Shown here: positions 8,628 through 15,633 of the stretch, in pieces
Layout: each line of letters starts with the position of its first letter
Position numbering within the stretch: position 1 is the first letter of the stretch
NCBI GenBank assembly: GCA_964458565.1
Contig: CAYWJO010000055.1
Location: 1-19,642, forward strand
Direction: 5' to 3'
Length of the DNA: 19,642 nt
Origin: an uncultured archaeon
Lineage (GTDB): Archaea; Asgardarchaeota; Thorarchaeia; Thorarchaeales; Thorarchaeaceae
The notes under the pieces: generated by a model
What the model saw: only the letters and a program-made list of their open reading frames with translations
Databases searched by the model: none
Told to the model about the DNA's origin: nothing
Made by a program: the position numbers and the translations under genes

Positions 8628-9743
8628 GTGAAACGTGACATAGACACTCTTGAAGGTGGCTCACTTTTAGTAGGTCATAAACCAAAAGGATGTGAATTCT
8701 GCTCAAAAGGGTCAAAGATGGTTCTCTTTGTGACTGGTTTGTGTGCAAGCTCGTGCTATTATTGTCCTTTATCCTCTGAAAAAGCAGGAAATGATGTTAT
8801 TTTTGCTGATGAAATGCCTGTCACACAAGATCAAGATTTACTATTCGAAGCTAAAATGATTAGTGCTGAAGGAGTGGGAATTAGTGGTGGCGATCCTTTA
8901 TGCCAATTGGAGCGTACGAATAGCTATATTCGATTTCTTAGAGATGAATTCGGTCCCGAATTCCATATTCATCTCTACACGAGTGAAACTTCTGTTGAAG
9001 CGTCTATTCTTCAGCGTCTAATCGAATCCGGGTTGGATGAATTGAGATTTCATCCACAGACAAGTGACTGGTCTGGAATTGAGATTGCAGTTGGGCTGGA
9101 CATAGATGTTGGTATAGAGGTTCCTGTCATCCCTGGAAAGGCTGCTTCGCTCATAGAAATTGCAAAACGTGCTGAACAGATTGGAGTAAAATTTCTGAAC
9201 ATGAATGAACTAGAGATGAGTGAAACTAATTTCAGCAAGTTGCGTGCACTTGGAATGCGACTTACTAATATGAGCAGTGCCAGTGTACAAGGAAGTCGTG
9301 AAACTGCGATAGAAGTATTAGATTGGGCTAGGGAGAATCTCACAGACCTCTCCGTTCATTTCTGTTCTGCACAGTATAAGGACACAATACAGATGCGTAG
9401 AAGACTCGAAAGACGACTTGAGAATATCATTAGACCTTTCGAGATATCCGATGAAGATGAGCCTCTACTAATTCTAGGAATTGTTCGCGCACCACATAAA
9501 ATGGAGCTCTCAGATGATGAACTGAACAAAATCTACAATTTTCTCTCTACCGAGTTTGATGTTCCTGATGATCTGATGAATATTGACTTGGCTCGAAAGC
9601 GAGTTGAGATTGCGCCATGGATAATAGATGAAATAGCTGATGACCTACGAAAAATAATCGGGTCTCAAATCCATGTGGAGATGGGAATTGCAGTCGAATA
9701 TCCCTCTTGGGACCGTCTACAGACTATGTTTGACCCACTTTAA
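8628..9743 (+). CDS. radical SAM protein (PFL-activase-related, COG2108-like), function unknown
   Basis: CASSCYYC (Cx3Cx2C) is preceded by CEFC, with GGDPL downstream. I prefer GTG 8628 because GAGGT sits 7 nt upstream and it lies 10 nt after the NTase stop. The track's ATG 8535 would overlap the NTase gene by 83 nt. Confidence 0.8.
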   Translation: MKRDIDTLEGGSLLVGHKPKGCEFCSKGSKMVLFVTGLCASSCYYCPLSSEKAGNDVIFADEMPVTQDQDLLFEAKMISAEGVGISGGDPLCQLERTNSYIRFLRDEFGPEFHIHLYTSETSVEASILQRLIESGLDELRFHPQTSDWSGIEIAVGLDIDVGIEVPVIPGKAASLIEIAKRAEQIGVKFLNMNELEMSETNFSKLRALGMRLTNMSSASVQGSRETAIEVLDWARENLTDLSVHFCSAQYKDTIQMRRRLERRLENIIRPFEISDEDEPLLILGIVRAPHKMELSDDELNKIYNFLSTEFDVPDDLMNIDLARKRVEIAPWIIDEIADDLRKIIGSQIHVEMGIAVEYPSWDRLQTMFDPL

Positions 9744-10832
9744 CTACTGTTCTATTCGAAAACGAAGTACAGCTGCAACACCACCAAGATTCTGTAATTG
9801 ATCCCCTGCAGGGTGTTCTGTTGAAACAATATGGAAATTTCCTCGTGTCTGTTCTGTATCTCTTATTATTCTATCAATCCACCTTCGTTTATCTTCGGAA
9901 GCTTCTCTAAGTCTGATATCCGTTATTAGTAATTCTTCAACAGCACCATATTGAACTGCTTTAGATACTTCATCATCTCCATATGCCGCTAGTCCGTCCC
10001 CTTTTGCTACATGGCCTATAATATCCTCAATGAGTTGAGTCTCTGTTTCTACCTTGAGACCAGTAATAGCTTTTGAAATAACGCCTCTGTACAGAATCTC
10101 TTTTGCTCCAGGGATGCCGATTGAATTCGTACTCTCTACCACAACTGGTGGAAGGTCTTTGATCTTTAAAGAACTAAGATGCGTCTGGAAGTGATCCTTT
10201 ACAAACCCTGGCCCCGCTATAATAATGAGTCCAAATTCATTCTGTTCAAGTTGCGCCTTTATAGCTCTGACTACTTCATCAAAGAACTCCTTCATACTTG
10301 AATCATACGACTTCTGGGTCCCTCTTTTGCGTGAAATTTCCGTTCTTACACGTACGGCTTCCTTGAGCCCATAATCCGCAGCAAGAAATAGTTCTGAAAC
10401 TCCATCCTCTATAGTGACAATGAGACAGACAGGACTTAATTGTGCTTTCTCGGCATCTTTAAGCCGTTTTAATAGAAAATCTGGCCATCTTGTCTTGATT
10501 ATTGTGAGAGTTGTACCTGTTTCCACATTGAACGTATGATGTGAACCAACACTAACAAGGTCTGAAGGCCCTTCGGTAATCACACCAAGAATTCTGACTC
10601 GATTAGTGAAAGTATGAAAACTAACATCCTCAACTGTAAGGACCAATGTCATTGGTTTTCGTACACTATCCTGTTTTCTAGCTTCATCATCCCCAATTTT
10701 AACCCGTCTTGCAGTCCTAGATATTACGGTATCACCTGGAGCAACCACATTGTAGAGATGCCAGAGGTCATCTAAAGTTTCAATCTTAAGAACAACTTTC
10801 CCTTCTTTTAGTGCTCTTTTCAATATCTTCAA
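9744..10832 (-). CDS. pelA: Pelota (aPelota/Dom34) ribosome-rescue factor
   Basis: 362 aa. MKILKR...LDDLWHLYNVVAPGD N-domain and an eRF1-like central/C-terminal region. TTG start at 10830-10832. Confidence 0.92.
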   Translation of the reverse strand: MKILKRALKEGKVVLKIETLDDLWHLYNVVAPGDTVISRTARRVKIGDDEARKQDSVRKPMTLVLTVEDVSFHTFTNRVRILGVITEGPSDLVSVGSHHTFNVETGTTLTIIKTRWPDFLLKRLKDAEKAQLSPVCLIVTIEDGVSELFLAADYGLKEAVRVRTEISRKRGTQKSYDSSMKEFFDEVVRAIKAQLEQNEFGLIIIAGPGFVKDHFQTHLSSLKIKDLPPVVVESTNSIGIPGAKEILYRGVISKAITGLKVETETQLIEDIIGHVAKGDGLAAYGDDEVSKAVQYGAVEELLITDIRLREASEDKRRWIDRIIRDTEQTRGNFHIVSTEHPAGDQLQNLGGVAAVLRFRIEQ

Positions 10833-10859
10833 GGTGACATCACGCCTGAGTCTTGACAG

Positions 10860-12311
10860 TTAGAAGAAATAGTCTCCGTAGAACTCTTGACTCTTTGGTT
10901 GTCCCCCAATATAGGCTCCTAACTGCGAGGGATCTATGCCTTTACTAATCTGCTGAGATGTTTTAACATGCTGCATTTCAACATAATATGAACCCTCATT
11001 CACAGCTAAATCGCCAGAAATTCTCACGAGTCCACCTAATTCTCTAAGTCTCAGTGTTAAGGCATCTCTCTGTCCGTCCATTTCAAGTGCCATTTCTTCT
11101 GCAAAATCGAGAACTGCTTCTATTGCTTGCGGGGTGAAGTGAGGTATCCGCCCATCATCATAAACCGTCTGTGCAATGAATTCCACTATACGCGTGAGAT
11201 TCTCAGGAGTCTTTCTCATCCAAGATGAAAGTAATATCTCGTAACCATAGCCTCTGATGCGTGATCTGAGTGGAGGTAATATCTTTGGCAAATCTTCAGT
11301 ATTGCAGGCTGCAAAGAGAATGAAATCACAAGGCACATCATCGACTCTTACTGCAGCTCCTGAGCTGTGAGGATTATGACCGGATATTGCATATTTACGA
11401 TCCTGCATTGCTGTTAGTAGGTGTTTCTGATATACTCCCAATGCGGCAATCTCATCGATATACAAAATACCTTCGTGCGCCTCATGAATTGCCCCGGGAA
11501 CCACTCTCAGATGCGCAGGGCTGCCTAAAGATTCAGCACTGCCATAAGGATCGTGTTTCACATCACCAAGAATCTCTACAGGACTTGCACCACTCACTCG
11601 TACAAATCTATTAGATGTACGGGGAACCAGTACATGACTGTTTTTTTCATCGGTATTGTATATCAAATCCTTTTGTTGCGTCTGAATCAATTCTATCCGT
11701 ATCGTATCGGTATCAGTTCGGCTATACTTGATTAAGTACGACTCGTCCTGTTTCTGTATCTGATGAATCACTTCGTTTTCAGCTGGTTCCAATATCACAT
11801 CCAATTTTCTGAATAGACCCGCGTACGCGCCTTCTCCAATAGAATCCGCTCTCTTCACCGAAGTACAATCCATGCATTGTGCAAATTCAGGTGTTGAAAA
11901 TGATCCACATCTGGGACACCTAAAGCCCATCTTTATTCCGACCTCGAAGGGAATATCTTCAGGCCGTACAAATCTTGTTTCGATTATACTTGGCTCGTCC
12001 TGTTCAGCTTGATTGTCTAAAGAATGAATTTCCACAAGAGGCCTATCTCTATTTGCAGGATTGAAATGAATTCTAATTTCTTGGGTTGGGGGTGGTAGCA
12101 ATGTTGAAGCAGCTTTTGCAAGCATTGATTTTCCTATTCCTGGAACTCCACTTAGCAGAACATGTCTATGTTGTGATACTGCTGCATGGATTAGCTTCAC
12201 TACCTCGCTTTGGCCCACTATCTTATCAAACGGGTCTTTCTTCGGAGGAATATCCACAGTACTCTCAATGTCAATATAGCGATGTTTCAAGCTGAGGTGC
12301 CTCTTATCCAC
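10860..12311 (-). CDS. LonB-like AAA+ ATPase lacking protease domain and TM anchor, with zinc-ribbon insertion
   Basis: Walker A GVPGIGKS and Walker B ILYIDEI. LonB-type blocks GDVKHDPYGS, LLTAMQDRKYAISG, PCDFILFAACN and LRSRIRGYGYEI. CPRC-x12-CMDC lies between Walker A and B. The protein ends about 120 aa after GYGYE with no DGPSAG-type Ser-Lys protease domain. GTG start. Confidence 0.8.
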   Translation of the reverse strand: MDKRHLSLKHRYIDIESTVDIPPKKDPFDKIVGQSEVVKLIHAAVSQHRHVLLSGVPGIGKSMLAKAASTLLPPPTQEIRIHFNPANRDRPLVEIHSLDNQAEQDEPSIIETRFVRPEDIPFEVGIKMGFRCPRCGSFSTPEFAQCMDCTSVKRADSIGEGAYAGLFRKLDVILEPAENEVIHQIQKQDESYLIKYSRTDTDTIRIELIQTQQKDLIYNTDEKNSHVLVPRTSNRFVRVSGASPVEILGDVKHDPYGSAESLGSPAHLRVVPGAIHEAHEGILYIDEIAALGVYQKHLLTAMQDRKYAISGHNPHSSGAAVRVDDVPCDFILFAACNTEDLPKILPPLRSRIRGYGYEILLSSWMRKTPENLTRIVEFIAQTVYDDGRIPHFTPQAIEAVLDFAEEMALEMDGQRDALTLRLRELGGLVRISGDLAVNEGSYYVEMQHVKTSQQISKGIDPSQLGAYIGGQPKSQEFYGDYFF

Positions 12312-12365
12312 TTACTTTCAGGATAACCACTCATTGGCATTTCATAACTGTGTGTAATACCCTCG

Positions 12366-12403
12366 AAAAGAAATGACACATGAGAGCCTTCTCAGCTCTC
12401 ATG
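12366..12403 (-). terminator. hairpin plus T-tract downstream of dnaG
   Basis: CATGAGAGC-N7-GCTCTCATG is a perfect 9-bp stem (12379-12403). It starts 10 nt after the dnaG stop and is followed on the minus strand by TTTCTTTT. Confidence 0.35.
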
Positions 12404-12412
12404 CTTTGAATA

Positions 12413-13675
12413 TCATTGAGTAACATCATCAAAGGTATAGATTTTCATGAAAGGTGGTCGGTTCTCTATATCAGCAACCGCTGCACCAACTAGCAATGCA
12501 GTCTTTTTCTGGCGTGCAATATCCACAAGTCTCTGTGTGACGACACCATCAAAAACCACTGCATAGACTTTGTCAAAGTCCTCCATGACCTTTGCCAATT
12601 CAGCTACTCCACATTGTTGTAAGACAGACTTCCCTTCATCAAAGAGAACAGCTTTAAATGACTCACGTACTTCTGCTATTTTTTCAATGAACCCTTCATC
12701 AATTGATGGGGTTCTTCTCGCAGACACCTCTGATTTTGGCTTTGTACGTGGCTTAGCCCAGTCGCTCTCAGGTCTTGTTCGTGTTGGCCGTCTTGTTGTT
12801 CGTTTTTTCTTTGTTGTAGACTCTTTCTCACCGCTTAAGATTGCCAATGCCTGATTTGCTGGAATCTTAGCCTGTAGTGCCTTCATCACTTCTCGTCTGG
12901 TGAGGTCTTCAACTTCCTTTCCTTCAGGAGCTCTTGCAATGTAGTCCACTTTTGCTACCTGCATTAGTTCTCTCAGAATTAAGTCTCCACCTCTGTCTCC
13001 ATCCAGGAAGGCTATGGTAATTTTCCCTCCCTTTTTGGTCAGGTCTGCTATTGATTTCGGTACATGTGTACCTTCTACAGCAACAGTATTTTCAATACCG
13101 CATTTCATTAGATTGATGATATCAGCTCGTCCTTCCACGATGATTATTTCATCGCCTGTGGACAGTTCTGAACCAGATGGTAGTTTATCTGGTCCGAATT
13201 TCATGACCTGTTTTCGTGATCCGGTTGATACAGCACTAGTAATTTCATCTGATCCTGGGGCAATCTCTTCTTCCCAACCTTTCAGAATACTAATTGCTCT
13301 GCTGACAACTCTTCTTCTCTTGGCGCCTCTAATATCCTCAAGTTTCTCAATGGTGACCTTCGCAGTACATGGCCCTACTCTATCTACAGTTTCTAGTGAA
13401 GCTGCGAGTATTGCCGTTGCGGTCCTATCCAGAGATACAGGAATTACAACTTCTCCCCTACTATTTCCGCCCTTAGATTTTACAACGATCTGAATTCTTC
13501 CAATTCTCCCTGTTCGTTGCAGTTCTCTAAGATCCAAGTCTTCTCCCAAGAGACCCTCGGTCTGTCCGAAGATTGCTCCAACAACATCGGGTTTGTCTAC
13601 AACGCCGTCTATCTCGATCCTTGCGCGAATAACATATTTCGCAGTACTCGAGTCGAAATCGCTCCCGATTTTTAT
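12413..13675 (-). CDS. dnaG: archaeal DnaG primase / exosome-associated TOPRIM protein
   Basis: TOPRIM motifs IIIVEGRADIINL and FLDGDRGGD. Conserved N-terminal block KYVIRARIEIDGVVDKPDVVGAIFGQTEGLLGEDLDLRELQ. The 5' end is uncertain. The track starts at an internal TTG (13549). I extend to an in-frame ATA at 13675, which sits behind an AGGAG motif. Confidence 0.85.
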   Translation of the reverse strand: MKIGSDFDSSTAKYVIRARIEIDGVVDKPDVVGAIFGQTEGLLGEDLDLRELQRTGRIGRIQIVVKSKGGNSRGEVVIPVSLDRTATAILAASLETVDRVGPCTAKVTIEKLEDIRGAKRRRVVSRAISILKGWEEEIAPGSDEITSAVSTGSRKQVMKFGPDKLPSGSELSTGDEIIIVEGRADIINLMKCGIENTVAVEGTHVPKSIADLTKKGGKITIAFLDGDRGGDLILRELMQVAKVDYIARAPEGKEVEDLTRREVMKALQAKIPANQALAILSGEKESTTKKKRTTRRPTRTRPESDWAKPRTKPKSEVSARRTPSIDEGFIEKIAEVRESFKAVLFDEGKSVLQQCGVAELAKVMEDFDKVYAVVFDGVVTQRLVDIARQKKTALLVGAAVADIENRPPFMKIYTFDDVTQ

Positions 13676-13948
13676 ACACGTCTCCTATTTTATACTGCCA
13701 CAAACCCCAGATTATACTCAATCGGGTGGTCTTACCTCTGCTCAGTACCGCGGACCGATTTCTACATCCTTGCGGATTCTAACTGTTACGTTACCTCTTT
13801 TGACTCTTTGAGCCATTTCCCTTCATATTATGTGAATAATATTCGTGATACGATAATCCTGTGAATGATGATAATAGTCCTGTGACTGCGCTCGGGTATA
13901 TCTAACTCAGTTCGAGTTATTGACCCCGTGGCGCTATGATATGATTAT

Positions 13949-14003
13949 ATGATGATTTAAGAGCACACAGTTTCCTTCGGTGTAGCTCTTGACAATACAC
14001 TGA
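13949..14003 (+). ncRNA. weak candidate C/D-box sRNA
   Basis: Canonical C box ATGATGA (13949-13955) and D box CTGA (14000-14003) lie 55 nt apart, with geometry 7+12+4+9+7+12+4. The internal D' (CAGT) and C' (TGTAGCT) boxes are poor and there is no terminal stem. Confidence 0.15.
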
Positions 14004-14170
14004 AAATGAGCTTATTTGAACATGTCGTTACAGCTCAAAACCTGTTTCTTACAATCCATCGTGAGTGAACATTGACTGTAAGAGACTTCTGTGTTCTGCC
14101 CTTCTCTTACCAGTGTCACCACCTTTCGAAATCCAAAGGACTTCGAGATTGGTAAGAGCATTGTCCTCTT

Positions 14171-14572
14171 TCATCGGGATGGTATCCCTCCTGAAGACCT
14201 GGCTTCCTTCTCCTGTCGTTCTACTGGTTCATCACTACCAGCGACAGTAAGAGTTCCCACGATTTTTACCACGGCAAGGTCTTCATCACCCATCTTGAAA
14301 TCGTCACCAAAGTCAGGAAGGCTCATTTGAGCATGGTGAATGGCCGCGGACTCTCCGGGACCTGATGCAGTTCCTCTCTTGGAGAGTAAGGACTTCCCTT
14401 TGGAAGAATCTATCTTCTGTTGGGCTTTCAGTCGTGAGCGCTTCCCTACTTGTTGAATAGCGTCAACCCACTTACCTAGTCCTCTCACTTCATGTAATAA
14501 TGGAGTGAGCATAATGAGGTGTGCAGCAATGTTGATTGTTCCGTTCCTATCAGCATTGCTACTTCGTCCCAT
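14171..14572 (-). CDS. hypothetical protein; N-terminus carries a TnpB/IS605-OrfB-like RuvC-III motif remnant
   Basis: 133-aa ATG ORF with TAGGA 5 nt upstream. LFRTHMGRSSNADRNGTINIA resembles the TnpB C-terminal pattern F.C..CG....AD.NAA.NI, but the cysteines are missing. The rest is low-complexity. May be a relic rather than a gene. Confidence 0.3.
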   Translation of the reverse strand: MGRSSNADRNGTINIAAHLIMLTPLLHEVRGLGKWVDAIQQVGKRSRLKAQQKIDSSKGKSLLSKRGTASGPGESAAIHHAQMSLPDFGDDFKMGDEDLAVVKIVGTLTVAGSDEPVERQEKEARSSGGIPSR

Positions 14573-14644
14573 GTGTGTCCTAAATAACTCATCTGTTTTA
14601 GCGCCAATTAAAAATCCTAATAACCAATGGTAGGTATGTTATAT

Positions 14645-14955
14645 CGTCCAGAAGATATACCCTGTCTACGAGGGCGCGCTGAGATTAGATTACAATGATG
14701 CGTTGCGCAAGAGGCCGGGAACAGGCTGGACCATTGCCTGCCAAATACCAATTGGACGAGCCACAACGGACTCGATTGATGGGGATGATTGTCCTTAGAT
14801 GATGTTCGGGTCACCCTGGTGTCGTACATTGGCGGGCCGGTCGGTACCATGACTACCTGACACGAGACAGCTCAGTTGAGCCGGATGCAATATCTGATGC
14901 TGTGATGCTGGGAGTTAGTGTGGAGGGTGACAGGCACCGACCACCTTGTCTTCTT
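14645..14955. other. GC-rich ORF-poor block; candidate structured RNA or decayed foreign DNA
   Basis: Two 60-nt samples counted by hand (14701-14760 and 14821-14880) each give 35/60 G+C, against a low-40s background. Stops in all frames; longest ORF is 77 aa. Nested terminal complementarity: AGAAGA 14650-55 with TCTTCT 14949-54, and CCTGTC 14661-66 with GACAGG 14929-34. Confidence 0.25.
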
Positions 14956-14958
14956 CAC

Positions 14959-15633
14959 CTATTTTTCCATTTCCCATGATTCTCCAGGTTGTAATACCTG
15001 AACCATGGTTCCCTTTACATTAGTTGCAACCATCTGCCAGAATTTCTTTGGATTTGCCTTGATAACTGGAAACGTGTCATAATGCATTGGAATCACATAT
15101 TTTGGCTTGATTAGCTCAGCCGCCTTTACTGCTTGCCGCACAGACATGACGTAGTACGATCCAATTGGTAACAATGCACAGTCTATTTTGTATAATTCTC
15201 CAAACAATTTCATATCATAGAATAATCCTGTATCTCCTGCATGATAGAATGTTCCGCTTGGAAACTCCACTATGAATCCTGTTGGCGCACCAATTCCTGA
15301 TGAATGAAAGGCTTGTACAAGTGTTACAGTCACTCCACCGATATCAACGCTTCCTCCGATATTGAGAGTGTGTACATTTTCCACGCCATCATTCTTTGCC
15401 TGAATTGCAAGTTCGTTGATAGCTACAAAAAATGCATCAGTCTTCTTGCAGATTTCAATGCCCTCCGCATATCCATGATCTCCATGGTCATGAGTCACGA
15501 GGACAATATCTGCCTTTTTCACATCATCCACTTTTATTGGCGATGTAGGTCCATTTAACCATGGGTCAACAAAAACGGTCTTCCCATCAGATTCTACTTT
15601 AAACGATGAATGTCCCAAGTATGTGAATTTCAT
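14959..15633 (-). CDS. UPF0173-type metal-dependent hydrolase (MBL fold)
   Basis: MKFTYLGHSSFKVE...VLVTHDHGDHG carries the HxHxDH motif. ATG at 15633 preferred over the track's TTG at 15642. Confidence 0.85.
   Translation of the reverse strand: MKFTYLGHSSFKVESDGKTVFVDPWLNGPTSPIKVDDVKKADIVLVTHDHGDHGYAEGIEICKKTDAFFVAINELAIQAKNDGVENVHTLNIGGSVDIGGVTVTLVQAFHSSGIGAPTGFIVEFPSGTFYHAGDTGLFYDMKLFGELYKIDCALLPIGSYYVMSVRQAVKAAELIKPKYVIPMHYDTFPVIKANPKKFWQMVATNVKGTMVQVLQPGESWEMEK

Noticed and set aside
13676-13816. In-frame ATG mini-ORF (MAQRVKRGNVTVRIRKDVEIGPRY, from 13816) as a first exon of dnaG, with a BHB-type mRNA intron
   Set aside because: Four in-frame stops lie between it and the DnaG frame. Known archaeal DnaG proteins begin only a few residues before the KY(V/I)I motif, so no N-terminal extension is needed. 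Being in frame has a 1-in-3 chance, and I saw no bulge-helix-bulge motif.
13517-13864. ORFs 13517-13864 (+), 13593-13811 (+) and 13527-13721 (-)
   Set aside because: They overlap the conserved dnaG N-terminal coding frame or its promoter region, and their translations are low-complexity nonsense (for example RKDRDRRRCRQTRCC).
13865-13925. First C-box-like ATGATGA (13865-13871) as a C/D sRNA
   Set aside because: There is no CTGA D box within 45-65 nt downstream. The motif is part of a TGAT-rich low-complexity stretch.
14012-14161. 49-aa minus-strand ORF (MLLPISKSFGFRKVVTLVREGQNTEV...)
   Set aside because: No SD, no recognisable fold or motif, and it lies inside the gene-poor island. Insufficient support.
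14848-14886. HPAQLSCLVSGSH (minus strand, frame of the 14572 ORF) as the first TnpB zinc-finger/TSQxCSxCG motif
   Set aside because: The similarity is marginal. It lies about 100 codons from the NAD.N..INI motif instead of the usual 30-45, and is separated from it by several stops.
14645-14955. Specific identification as SRP RNA or RNase P RNA
   Set aside because: There is no GGAAAGUCC-type P4 sequence for RNase P. The best helix-8-like stretch (AGGCCGGGAACAGGC on the plus strand) lacks the conserved GGGAGCA 3' side. The Alu-like similarity on the minus strand has the wrong spacing and no pairing partner for helix 3. Kept only as an unassigned candidate.
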